In this document: in pieces, positions 38,022-47,874 of the stretch | How positions within the stretch are numbered: position 1 is the first letter of the stretch | How the letters are laid out: each line of letters begins with the position of its first letter | Position numbers and translations under genes: made by a program | From: a virus | Lineage: Duplodnaviria > Caudoviricetes | Virus record (IMG/VR): IMGVR_UViG_3300020048_000104 | Location: 1 to 64,000 of that record | Reading direction: 5' to 3' (one strand) | DNA: 64,000 nt | The notes under the pieces: model-generated | Databases searched by the model: none | The model's input: the letters and a program-made list of their open reading frames with translations, nothing else | Told to the model about the DNA's origin: nothing

Positions 38022-41000
38022 ATGGCAAACAAAAACTGTCCTTTAGAAAGCAATACTGAGTGGGTTGAAATGAAACGTCAATTAGGGTATGATTTAGCTG
38101 CATATACTTATGTAAAAAGAAAATGGGAAGTACCTCAACTTACTAATGAAAAAGAATTATCTAAGCGAATAGGATTTACTAACAAAACAGTTAGTGAAAA
38201 CAAATATTACGAGTTAAGTATTAAACTAGGTGGTTTTAATGAATTACGTAAAAATGCTCATTTCTTAAAGACTGTTAAAAAGTATAGTAAGAATGGTAGA
38301 ATGGTTCGTGATGTAGAATTACAGATGAATTATTTATCTATTGCTGAAGAACAAGCTAGAAGAATGATGGCAGCAAACAATCCTATTTACGAAGTTCCTG
38401 CTGATATTGCTAGAAAAGAAGAAGAGAAAAAAGCAAAAAAAGAAACACCTTCTCAAGTAAATCCTGGGTATTATTTAAAACCAGGAGATAGTAACTATAC
38501 TGTTAGAAATGGTGAAGTTGTTAATTTAGCAGATGCTAAAACAATGGATGATGTAGATTATCTTATTCCTACTGCTAAAGATCCTATTAAAGATGCTGAG
38601 CAAGTACGTAAAAGAAAACTACAAAAAGAGATTGCTGTACTTACAACTAAAAGTAATAATGCAAAAGATTCTTTTGTGGTACGTTCTTTATTGACACAAA
38701 TAGAATCATTAAAAGCTATTTTAGAAAAAGCAGATGAGCGTATTGGAGCAACAGAAAATATAGAAAAATATGATAATGTATTACAATTTGCAGATTCTCA
38801 ATTAAATGAAATAGAAGGAATATTAAGTGATGATGCAATATCTTCTGAGAATATTTTATACATAGAACGTATATTAAACTTATGGGAGAAAGCAAGTAAT
38901 TTTAAAGGAGATCCTTCTGAGCATATTATTTTAGATGAGTTTGAATTTCAATCAGATGAAATAAAAAAACTATTTAGAAATATAGGAGCACGAGTAGAAG
39001 ATTATCAAAGTAGATTAGGTGTTATACGTGAAGAACACGTGGTAGCTTTCATGCGTGAATATTCTAATAATAAAACTCTTACTAAAGAAGAAATATTTGC
39101 TGATTTTGCAGATAGTGGTACAATGAGTGCTTTGACATTGAATCTAGGTAGATTGGATGATCCTATTTTAAAAGTAATATTTTCAGCTGTTGAAGAAATG
39201 CATGTTAACGCTAGATTTGAAATCAATGAAGTATTCAAAGATATTGATTTAGTAACAAGTAAAGCATTACCTAAATTAAAAAGATTATCAGGTAATAAAA
39301 ATCCTTGGAGATTCTATGAACAAGTAACTAAAGATGGTTTGGGTACAGGTAAAATAGTACATAGATTTTCAGACGATTTCTTTAAGACAATTAAGGATTT
39401 GCGATACAAGGCATTTTATATGACTGATAAAAAAGGTAAATCTACTTCTAAAGCATCTGATGTGGAAAGATACTATAAGTGGTTGGAGGAAAACACTATT
39501 ACTTTTGATGCTCGTAAATTATTTGATGATAGTCATTATGATGAAGTTGAATTTGATGATAAGTATTTATTTACTAATCAAAAATATTCAGATGCTGAAA
39601 AACAAGCACATATTAATCAACTTAAAGCACAATTAGGAGAAAAAGGATATACTCAATATTTTGAATCAATTAGTAAGAAAATAGAATTATTTAAACGTGA
39701 TAGAGCTGTTGCGTGGGGTAGCATTGTTAATGATTCTACTTTATCAAAAGAACAACAGGATGCTTTATTTACTGAATGGAATATAGAAAATTCACCTTTT
39801 TGGAGTTCTGAATTAATAGAAAATCCTACAATGCGTAAAAAGCCAGGAGGTAAAGGATTTTATAAAATTGATAGTTCTCGTAAATACACAGAACAAATAC
39901 CATTAAGAACTACTAAATCTGGTAAAACTACTAAATGGTATGATGGAAATTTTGAAAAAATTGAAGCAGATGAAGATCTATTAGCATATTATAATGTAAT
40001 GTTGAATACATTAAAAGATATGAGATCTTTACTTCCTGCTAACAAACGTGACTCAATGGGTATTACAGACATTCCTAAAATGAAACAGTCATTAGCTGAT
40101 ATGTTTGGAGAAAAAGGAATGAGGATGGGTGTTAAACCTTTTTGGGAAAGACTTCAAGAAATGTCTAAAACTACTGATTTAGCTAATACTACAACAGCAG
40201 ATATAGATCCTCTTACTGGAGAACGTATAAATGAACAATCTTTAAGATACATTGAAGATACTACTGAAAAAGTAAATTCTATAGTACAAACTAAAATAAT
40301 TCAACACAAGCAAAATACAGGAACTGTTCCTTCATCAGCATTGATACAAAAGTTTAAAGATGAGGCTAGAAATGAAGTATCACAAGAATACTCATTTGAT
40401 TTGACTAAACTGCTAAAAGCATATTCTACAATGGCATTAGAATATAAACATAAGTCTTTAATAGAACCTCAAATAAAAATGCTAGAAAAAGCATTTAAAA
40501 GTAAAAAAGAAATAATTACTAATAACTCAAGCAAACCTGTTGTTAAAATCAATAGTGACGGTACTGAAACAATACAAAGTAAAGAAGGATTAGCAAATGC
40601 TAAAAGTGCATTGGAGTTCTATTTAGATACTAAGATGTGGGGAACAGGAGGTCGTAAAGTAGAAGGTGTGAGTAAAAAGAAAACTTATACTATTTCTGAA
40701 AAGAAAAAGAAAGCTGATTTAGAAGCGTTGTATGAAGCTACTTCTGATAGTAAAGAACAAGAACATTTACAATCAGAAATAGATAAACTAGGAGGATTTA
40801 CATCAGCTTCTGGTGTTGGTGATATGTTATTAAAATTAATGACTTATAAAGGGTTAGCTTATAACTTAGGTTCTGCTTTTAGTAACGTTGGTTTTGGTAT
40901 TATTTCTAACTTGAATGAAGCATCTGATGGTAGAAACTATAATATGGCTCAAATGCGACATGCTTATTTACTTACTACTAACTCAATAGGTAAAAATTTA

Positions 41001-42185
41001 TCAGGAAATAAATGGGATGGTGCTGGTAAAAACGCATTAAAAATTCGTACACTTATGGATAAGTACGATTTACTTAAAACATCAGATCAAGAAATATACG
41101 ATTTAAGTACAAAATCTACACTGACTAAAAACTTAGGTAGATTCGGACCAATGAGTTTACAACAATCATCAGAGTATTTGAATTATGCTCCTGTTATGGT
41201 AGCTATGATGATGAACGCTAAAGCTACAGATCCTGATGGTAAAGAAACTACTTTGTGGGATGCTATTGATGAGAATGGTGAGTTAAGAGAAGGTTATTCT
41301 GATGCTGGTTTAAATGAATCACGATTTGTACTTAAAGTAAAACGTGTAATTGAAATGAATCACGGTGATTATAATAATCAACAACAAGCAAAAGCAACTA
41401 TTACAGGTAGAATGTTATCTCAATTCCGTACTTGGATGTTTGAAGGATTTGCTAACAGATTTGAAAAACAAAAAGTAGATGATATACTGAGTTATAATAA
41501 TAAAGATATAGATACACCATTTCTTAGAAAAGGTAGATATAGAAGTTACACAGCAGGTCAGTTAGCTACAGCAGGTGCTACATTAGGTACTACTTTTATG
41601 CCTGGTATAGGTACTGTATTAGGAGGAGGAGCTGGGTTTTTAATTGGTAAATTTGCAGGAATGCAAACTGAGGAATCTGCTATAAATGATACTTTGTTTA
41701 CATTAAAACAGATGGCTAGAAAGCTAATGTTTAAACCTACTCAATTTCAGGATAGATTTAATGAAGTAGATGCTGCTAATATGCGTAAAAATATGACAGA
41801 GTTATATATGCTTATGACTATAGCAGGATTAGGTTTACTTATAGCTGCTGTAGGAGGAGGTGAAGATGATGATGAGCGTATGTCAAGATCAGCTAATTTC
41901 TTATTAAACCAAATGACAAGATTAGAAACAGATATAGCATTTTATACTAATCCTTTGGAATTTGAGAAGTTAACAAAAACAGCTGTACCTATGGCTCAAT
42001 TAGTAGATGATACTCGTAAATGGTTTGTTGATGTATTCAATTTATTTGATGGAGATCCTGAAAATGATGTGTTTAGATCAGGTATATTTAAAGATAAATC
42101 TAAATTGTTAGTACACACAGGAGAATTAATTCCTGGTATATCTACAGCTATTAAATTAGCTAGGTCTACTTCTCAAGTTTATTAA
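38022..42185 (+). CDS. Giant virion cargo protein with C-terminal membrane-type helices
   Basis: 1387 aa with glycine zipper GATLGTTFMPGIGTVLGGGAGFLIG and LYMLMTIAGLGLLIAAVGG. Last gene of the crAss cargo cluster. Confidence 0.6.
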   Translation: MANKNCPLESNTEWVEMKRQLGYDLAAYTYVKRKWEVPQLTNEKELSKRIGFTNKTVSENKYYELSIKLGGFNELRKNAHFLKTVKKYSKNGRMVRDVELQMNYLSIAEEQARRMMAANNPIYEVPADIARKEEEKKAKKETPSQVNPGYYLKPGDSNYTVRNGEVVNLADAKTMDDVDYLIPTAKDPIKDAEQVRKRKLQKEIAVLTTKSNNAKDSFVVRSLLTQIESLKAILEKADERIGATENIEKYDNVLQFADSQLNEIEGILSDDAISSENILYIERILNLWEKASNFKGDPSEHIILDEFEFQSDEIKKLFRNIGARVEDYQSRLGVIREEHVVAFMREYSNNKTLTKEEIFADFADSGTMSALTLNLGRLDDPILKVIFSAVEEMHVNARFEINEVFKDIDLVTSKALPKLKRLSGNKNPWRFYEQVTKDGLGTGKIVHRFSDDFFKTIKDLRYKAFYMTDKKGKSTSKASDVERYYKWLEENTITFDARKLFDDSHYDEVEFDDKYLFTNQKYSDAEKQAHINQLKAQLGEKGYTQYFESISKKIELFKRDRAVAWGSIVNDSTLSKEQQDALFTEWNIENSPFWSSELIENPTMRKKPGGKGFYKIDSSRKYTEQIPLRTTKSGKTTKWYDGNFEKIEADEDLLAYYNVMLNTLKDMRSLLPANKRDSMGITDIPKMKQSLADMFGEKGMRMGVKPFWERLQEMSKTTDLANTTTADIDPLTGERINEQSLRYIEDTTEKVNSIVQTKIIQHKQNTGTVPSSALIQKFKDEARNEVSQEYSFDLTKLLKAYSTMALEYKHKSLIEPQIKMLEKAFKSKKEIITNNSSKPVVKINSDGTETIQSKEGLANAKSALEFYLDTKMWGTGGRKVEGVSKKKTYTISEKKKKADLEALYEATSDSKEQEHLQSEIDKLGGFTSASGVGDMLLKLMTYKGLAYNLGSAFSNVGFGIISNLNEASDGRNYNMAQMRHAYLLTTNSIGKNLSGNKWDGAGKNALKIRTLMDKYDLLKTSDQEIYDLSTKSTLTKNLGRFGPMSLQQSSEYLNYAPVMVAMMMNAKATDPDGKETTLWDAIDENGELREGYSDAGLNESRFVLKVKRVIEMNHGDYNNQQQAKATITGRMLSQFRTWMFEGFANRFEKQKVDDILSYNNKDIDTPFLRKGRYRSYTAGQLATAGATLGTTFMPGIGTVLGGGAGFLIGKFAGMQTEESAINDTLFTLKQMARKLMFKPTQFQDRFNEVDAANMRKNMTELYMLMTIAGLGLLIAAVGGGEDDDERMSRSANFLLNQMTRLETDIAFYTNPLEFEKLTKTAVPMAQLVDDTRKWFVDVFNLFDGDPENDVFRSGIFKDKSKLLVHTGELIPGISTAIKLARSTSQVY

Positions 42186-42195
42186 CGCAGTGTTA

Positions 42196-42228
42196 AAAAA
42201 AAGAGATGCGTTAATAGCATCTCTTTTT
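42196..42228. terminator. Bidirectional terminator between converging modules
   Basis: AAAAAGAGATGC-gttaata-GCATCTCTTTTT, with A and T tracts on both flanks. Confidence 0.88.
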
Positions 42229-42231
42229 ATT

Positions 42232-43914
42232 TTATAAACTAATAGCTTTTATAACATTAGGAAATTCATTTCTGAATAACTCTAATATATTTAATGCTAT
42301 TTCTCTATGTTCTAGTTGTGTATGTTCATCACATCTAATTTGAAAGTAATGAATCCATGATCGTAAACTTCCTTTCATATACAAAGTCGTACCTACTGTT
42401 AATGGTAATACCATTCTAGCACATTCTTTAGCAACTCCATTAGCAAGTAAATTATCATATAATCTTTGTCCTTCTGCTATATGGTTTTTTACCATTTTAC
42501 TAGCACTAACATTATGAATAGTAGGATTAAATACTTCCATGCTAGATTGTCTATTTGTTGCACCAGCTCTTCTTAATTCAACTAATTCGAAATCTTGTAC
42601 TTCAGAATACCTTTGTGAATTATGTACAATTATACCATTAGCTACATAATTATGATTTTCATTATAAATTTCTAAATCGTAAGTTTCTATTTCTCCAACA
42701 TACTCGATTGATTCTATTATCTGCCACTCCACAGTTAAAGTATTACCTTTACTTTTCATTCTCCATTTTTTAGGATCTCCTGCGATATTATGTTTTTCAT
42801 TGTGACATTTTTTACAAAGAACTTGTATATTATTCTTATCATAAGCTAATGAAATATCTTCAAAAACAGGTATGATGTGATCTAGTTCTAATTTTTCATT
42901 AGTTTGACAATTTTTACATTTATAATTAGACTCTATTAATTTTTCAGCTCTTATGGTATTACACCAATCTGCTATTTTCAATCTTTCTGTTCTACAACTA
43001 CCTCCTTTGTATAAATTACTTTCACTACCTTTTTTAGCACTTTTTCTCATTTTTTCAATTGTTTCTATACTATGAGGTTTATTTTTATATCCGAATTTAT
43101 TTTTATTCCATACCTCTGTGTATTGAGATACTTCTTTTTTAGTAAACCCTATATTATGTAATTTTAACCATTTTCTTATAGTATGATAACTAACATTAGC
43201 ACTATCAGCTATTCCTTGTACCCCAGTTTTATTTTTAATAACTATTGCTTTTTGAGCAATAAGCCATTCTTTAGATTGATGTAAAGGAATACCATTAGTG
43301 GCAATTATACCTTTTTTAGACATTGTTATTTTAGTACCATGTGTTTCTAAACCTATTATGTCTTCTAAAGAGTAAAATCCGTTTTTTGTTAAAAATTTAT
43401 GTTCTTTAGTACATACTATTTCTTTTCCTCCAGATGTTATAATTTTAAAACAAGGCTTTATTCCTGTTTTAAACACCTCTTTAATTCTTGACGTAGTAAA
43501 TTTTTCACCATCATAAAATCTAACTAAAGGTAATCCATTATTTTTAGTATGATTATTAGGTTTTGATTGAAGATTATACAAATGGCTTATTTTTCTTTTA
43601 TACGTTGCTCCACTAGGTAATTTTAAAGTTATCATACTATCACCAGCTATACAAAATTCCTGAAATGAAAATGAACGATGTCTTAATATCTGTGCAGCAA
43701 TAGCTCTACTTGTTTTAATTTCAACAGTAATATCTACCATTTCAAAAGGACTCCAATGCTTGTGTTTAATTAAATAATTTAACAGTCTATCAGCTGTTTC
43801 CATATTTAATTGATTCTCAGGATTACTAACTCTAGCTGTATAAACAACTAATTCTTCAGGTGTAGACACTCCTTCTATAAGAGGCTGTGTCATTGAAATT
43901 ATTTTTGTTTCCAT
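42232..43914 (-). CDS. thyX: FAD-dependent thymidylate synthase ThyX with intein (215 aa after splicing)
   Basis: HKHWSPFEM, RAIAAQILRHRSFSFQEF|SQRY signature interrupted by the intein, KECARMVLP, GSLRSWIHY, QLEHR. Confidence 0.93.
   Translation of the reverse strand: METKIISMTQPLIEGVSTPEELVVYTARVSNPENQLNMETADRLLNYLIKHKHWSPFEMVDITVEIKTSRAIAAQILRHRSFSFQEFCIAGDSMITLKLPSGATYKRKISHLYNLQSKPNNHTKNNGLPLVRFYDGEKFTTSRIKEVFKTGIKPCFKIITSGGKEIVCTKEHKFLTKNGFYSLEDIIGLETHGTKITMSKKGIIATNGIPLHQSKEWLIAQKAIVIKNKTGVQGIADSANVSYHTIRKWLKLHNIGFTKKEVSQYTEVWNKNKFGYKNKPHSIETIEKMRKSAKKGSESNLYKGGSCRTERLKIADWCNTIRAEKLIESNYKCKNCQTNEKLELDHIIPVFEDISLAYDKNNIQVLCKKCHNEKHNIAGDPKKWRMKSKGNTLTVEWQIIESIEYVGEIETYDLEIYNENHNYVANGIIVHNSQRYSEVQDFELVELRRAGATNRQSSMEVFNPTIHNVSASKMVKNHIAEGQRLYDNLLANGVAKECARMVLPLTVGTTLYMKGSLRSWIHYFQIRCDEHTQLEHREIALNILELFRNEFPNVIKAISL
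42619..43653 (-). mobile_element. Intein with HNH endonuclease (345 aa) in ThyX
   Basis: Starts F|CIAGDS, block B TKEHKF, ends TYDLEIYNENHNYVANGIIVHN|S. Contains CKNC...ELDHIIP...NIQVLCKKCHNEKH (HNH). Confidence 0.92.
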
Positions 43915-43925
43915 ATATTATTTTA

Positions 43926-45086
43926 TTACATATCTACTGATTCTCTCATTCTTATGAATTTAGGGAATCTTAACTTATTACTATTTGTATATCCAAAGTA
44001 TTGAAATGTAGCTCTTTTACCTTCAAATTCATCTTTATAACGTAACATGTATCTAGCACGATCATGGTCAATACCTTTACCTAATCCTGCTTCTTGCTCA
44101 GTTCCGTCATCTAATCGTATTTTCATTTTACCACATATTCCAGTATTAGTTCCTTCTCCTTCAATGATTTCTAATATATTGGCTTCCAGGTCATAAACTT
44201 CCTTACGTTTAAGTAATACTTTAGATCGTTTGTCTGGTTCATAAGGAGCATCTAATCTAAGAATAGTACCTTCATATCCTAACAATAATGCTTTTTCATG
44301 CAACCTATCAAATTCTTCTTCTGAATAAACAGTTTTAGATTTACAATGACTGATGTTATCTTCATTAAACATAAGATGAAAATCCTTATGAGATAATAAA
44401 ATATCATTTCTTATAATAAATGATTGTTCAGGAATACATTTATTGAAAAAATCATAAATATGATATTCTACATGTAAATAGGATAATTCTATGTCCTTAT
44501 CTGTAGGTTTTTCTTTTTTGATAATTGATAACAAGTCTTCAAAATTATCTTTGAATTTATGACTGTATAATTCACCATCTAAAATAATATCAGGATATAC
44601 ATCAAATATACCTTTCAACTGTGATTCAATATGCATACAATTTTTCCATATCTTACCTGTACGAGTCTTTAATACTATTTTACCATCAATCATCATAGCG
44701 TTACATCTAGCACCATCTAACTTAGGAGAAACCCAAGCAGGATATGTTACTTTTGATTTCCATTCTTGCCATTTCATACCAGAAGGACATAACATAGGTC
44801 TGAACTCTTTTTCAATAGATACTGCTTCTTCTTTTGTTTTGAAATAACCTTCTCTAAGTTTTTTATCAACAGTCTGCTGAAACAATACAACTGCTTGTTC
44901 AGCAGGTGTTGTAGCATTAGATTTACCGATGTTTTTAGCTTCTGTTTTAGTTAGTGTCCAGTCTTTAATCTTTCCTTCTTCTAAACCATCTCTATAACGA
45001 ATACCGTTAAATATATCCGTTACTGCTTCACAATCCCAAACTCTTATTTTTCCTTTGGAATCTGTTTTGTACAATCTTATTATCAT
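43926..45086 (-). CDS. ATP-dependent DNA ligase
   Basis: Motif I SPKLDGARC, ILDGELY, YHIYD, GYEGTILR, LLKRK and LRFPKF. Confidence 0.92.
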   Translation of the reverse strand: MIIRLYKTDSKGKIRVWDCEAVTDIFNGIRYRDGLEEGKIKDWTLTKTEAKNIGKSNATTPAEQAVVLFQQTVDKKLREGYFKTKEEAVSIEKEFRPMLCPSGMKWQEWKSKVTYPAWVSPKLDGARCNAMMIDGKIVLKTRTGKIWKNCMHIESQLKGIFDVYPDIILDGELYSHKFKDNFEDLLSIIKKEKPTDKDIELSYLHVEYHIYDFFNKCIPEQSFIIRNDILLSHKDFHLMFNEDNISHCKSKTVYSEEEFDRLHEKALLLGYEGTILRLDAPYEPDKRSKVLLKRKEVYDLEANILEIIEGEGTNTGICGKMKIRLDDGTEQEAGLGKGIDHDRARYMLRYKDEFEGKRATFQYFGYTNSNKLRFPKFIRMRESVDM

Positions 45087-45619
45087 TCTTTATGTATTAT
45101 TGATTTACCTAATTTATCTAATCCTTCAACAATATGCTCTACTCCTAAATTATTAGAATCTCTCATTTGTGTAATGTTTTTATATTTTTTACTTACACTA
45201 TCAGCATATTCAGTACATATCTTTTCTAAATATTGTAAATGCACATCTGTATAGTTCATTTCTTTTACATCATTAGCTATACTTCTTGCTTTAGCGTAAG
45301 TCAAAAACAAAGCTGTCATTTCTTCATTAATTAGCCATATCTTATCAGAAAATTCTCTAAATGATAGTTGAAGATCTTTTTGTATTTCTTGATCTGCTCC
45401 AACAAATGCTTTTAAAAACTCAGAACTAAATTTATCTATGTAGTTACCGAATAAAGGAAATATTTCTTTCAGTTCATGCTTAATGTATTTAGATTTCTTT
45501 TCTTGATATAAATCGTCAACAATATCAAAATCAATAAGACAGTCGGCACATTTAAGGGCTATCCTGACAAGTCTTATTGTATCTCCTTTAGTAACATTTT
45601 TCCTTTTTGTTTTACTCAT
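45083..45619 (-). CDS. Hypothetical protein
   Basis: 178 aa ORF with ATGA overlaps to both neighbours. Confidence 0.55.
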   Translation of the reverse strand: MSKTKRKNVTKGDTIRLVRIALKCADCLIDFDIVDDLYQEKKSKYIKHELKEIFPLFGNYIDKFSSEFLKAFVGADQEIQKDLQLSFREFSDKIWLINEEMTALFLTYAKARSIANDVKEMNYTDVHLQYLEKICTEYADSVSKKYKNITQMRDSNNLGVEHIVEGLDKLGKSIIHKE

Positions 45620-46035
45620 AGTCTTGTGTATTCTATTTTATACAAATCATTTATACTTGAGTCAGCTTCTAGCTCATAAGCTATCTGTGATGCTTCTTTA
45701 TCATCATAACAAGTAAGTATCTTAGAAGTAAGATAATTATCGTTATCGTCTAAGTAAGTGAATTTGTAGTCTACATTTACAAGAATTGTAATATCATCTA
45801 TAAATTCTAAAGCAGCAGGATTATAATCTATTATACCGTCTTCATCGTCATCTTCAGTAATGTAAGATGGTATGTAATCACTATTTTCAAATAATGTTTT
45901 TACAGTGCATGAAAATGAACCTTGCTTTTTCAAATCTTCTAACATGCGTGATCCCCAATATATTAAGTCCTCTTCATCAGATATAAACCAATTAATAAAC
46001 CTACTGGCTAATATTTTCTTTTTTTCTCCATTCAT
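45616..46035 (-). CDS. Hypothetical acidic protein
   Basis: ATG 46035 (MNGEKK) is preferred over track start 46083 because it reduces overlap with the upstream gene. Confidence 0.5.
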   Translation of the reverse strand: MNGEKKKILASRFINWFISDEEDLIYWGSRMLEDLKKQGSFSCTVKTLFENSDYIPSYITEDDDEDGIIDYNPAALEFIDDITILVNVDYKFTYLDDNDNYLTSKILTCYDDKEASQIAYELEADSSINDLYKIEYTRL

Positions 46036-46417
46036 ATTTAATATTGTTATAAATTTCTTTTTCTTCTTCTGATAATGAATCATAAGTAAGATTTGTTAAT
46101 ACTTCGTAATTATGAGATTCACTATCTTCTTTTAAATAATAAGGCTCTTGTTTATTACCTAAACATACACCTTGATGAATATAAGGTTTACAATTATTTA
46201 TTTTAGCTTTTGTTTGAAGTCCTAATGTAATTGCTAACTGTTCTTTTTTATATTCCTTGTACTTTATCTGTTTGCAATAAACGCATTGATAAGTACGTAA
46301 TTTTATAATACCATCTTTTCGAATAGAATTAGCAATTACAAATCTAGTCAAAGGAAAATAATTACCACAGTATCTACATTGCCTCAGATCCCCAGTTGAT
46401 AATGTGTTCTGTTCCAT
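46001..46417 (-). CDS. Hypothetical CxxC-CxxC zinc-finger protein
   Basis: CRYC and CVYC pairs about 28 aa apart. Confidence 0.5.
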   Translation of the reverse strand: MEQNTLSTGDLRQCRYCGNYFPLTRFVIANSIRKDGIIKLRTYQCVYCKQIKYKEYKKEQLAITLGLQTKAKINNCKPYIHQGVCLGNKQEPYYLKEDSESHNYEVLTNLTYDSLSEEEKEIYNNIKYEWRKKENISQ

Positions 46418-47075
46418 ATTTACTTATTAATAAATCATTACATTCTTTAAAAGAAATGCTACACCATGTAGCATGTTGTTTTCCTGCTGTAACAGGATGT
46501 ACATCTTTGATAATTTCATTATTAGGACCTATCATTGGCAACAACTCATTATTTTCATCACCCCATATAATGAATATAGTACCAGGTCTATAATCATTAA
46601 TAGCTTGTATTACTGATAATGTGAATTTATTCCAAGGTTTTTTATGTTCTCCTGTTTTAAACTCAGGAGCTGTCAAAGAAGTGTTTAATAATAATACTCC
46701 TTGTTTAGCCCATGATTGTAATGAAAAATCAAAATCTAAGCATAATGAATTAGATGTCTGTTCTACAGCTTTTCTAATCTCATATAATGCTATATTAGGA
46801 TAATTATTAGCTACTTTAGTACCAAATGCTAAACCGTTAGGATTCATATCCCAAGCAGGATCTAATCCTAATATTACTACTTTCAAATCTTCCCACGGAC
46901 ATAATTTAAAAGCATTGAATACATCCTCACGAGAAGGATGTATTTTTTGCTTTCCATATTGTACATTTAAAAAATCTGTAAGTTTATCCATATAAGGACT
47001 TCTAAGTGTTTCCTGTAGAGCATTTACCCAACCTTCTCCTAGTTTCTCAACCCAGAATTTTTTACTTTGTGCCAT
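46374..47075 (-). CDS. ung: Family-1 uracil-DNA glycosylase with altered specificity motif
   Basis: HPSREDVFNAFKLCP, VVILGLDPAW (canonical GQDPYH), GLAF, WAKQGVLLLNTSLT, FIIWG, DVHP. Probable start MAQ at 47075. Confidence 0.85.
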   Translation of the reverse strand: MAQSKKFWVEKLGEGWVNALQETLRSPYMDKLTDFLNVQYGKQKIHPSREDVFNAFKLCPWEDLKVVILGLDPAWDMNPNGLAFGTKVANNYPNIALYEIRKAVEQTSNSLCLDFDFSLQSWAKQGVLLLNTSLTAPEFKTGEHKKPWNKFTLSVIQAINDYRPGTIFIIWGDENNELLPMIGPNNEIIKDVHPVTAGKQHATWCSISFKECNDLLISKYGTEHIINWGSEAM

Positions 47076-47077
47076 AT

Positions 47078-47272
47078 CTAATGAATTGTTATTGTTACAT
47101 TTTCTAAAATAGAATGATCGCATTCACCATAAGGAGTATTTAATATTCCTTTGTCTACTAAGGATTGATGAAAATCTACTATTTCATCATATCCGTCAAT
47201 ACCGTAAGGATAGTCAAATACATGTATTTCATTCTTTTCGTATTCTGTAATTATTAATTTACATTTTGCCAT
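47078..47272 (-). CDS. Small hypothetical protein
   Basis: 64 aa, coupled by TAATG overlap. Confidence 0.5.
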   Translation of the reverse strand: MAKCKLIITEYEKNEIHVFDYPYGIDGYDEIVDFHQSLVDKGILNTPYGECDHSILENVTITIH

Positions 47273-47874
47273 TATTCAAATTCTTTTGATGGTTTTAAAA
47301 ATTTATGCATGAATACAGATTCTAATTTATCTAACGTTAATGTTTCTTCTGATTCATCCATAATAGTCCATACTTCATTATCCCCTAAATCTGCACCTAT
47401 TTTATCTTCCCAAGCTGTTTTTAAAGATTTTGACTTGTTAAATATCATAGGAATAACAGAAGATTGGCTATCGAAATAATGATTTTTTAGAATCATTTGT
47501 TTACCTTCTGGTGATATTTTAGAATACTCTCCATTAACTACTTTAGCAAAATCATCTATTCTCTCAGCAGGAATTTCAAATACCATCACAAGTACACCGT
47601 GAGCTTCATAAGAATCTACAAATGTAGGATGTGATGATAATTCATTATAAAAATTATCAAAGTGAACATCTCTATAAGAACTAATAATAATTGATACATG
47701 ATTATTGTATTTTTTACATACATCATCGTATATGAATGCATTAACAAATCTGGATTTAATATCAACTCTGCTGAACGTTCTTTCATCATATACAAACTTT
47801 GATTTATTAATACCTAGTAGAGGAAATATGAAAGTAGCTGTTTTTGTAAAGTGTTTCTTTTTCTTAGTCCTCAT
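47272..47874 (-). CDS. Conserved crAss-like hypothetical protein
   Basis: IFPLLG...FVNAFI...VLVMVFEIP...NGEYSKIS pattern next to the PD-(D/E)XK nuclease, as in crAss-like replication modules. Confidence 0.5.
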   Translation of the reverse strand: MRTKKKKHFTKTATFIFPLLGINKSKFVYDERTFSRVDIKSRFVNAFIYDDVCKKYNNHVSIIISSYRDVHFDNFYNELSSHPTFVDSYEAHGVLVMVFEIPAERIDDFAKVVNGEYSKISPEGKQMILKNHYFDSQSSVIPMIFNKSKSLKTAWEDKIGADLGDNEVWTIMDESEETLTLDKLESVFMHKFLKPSKEFE

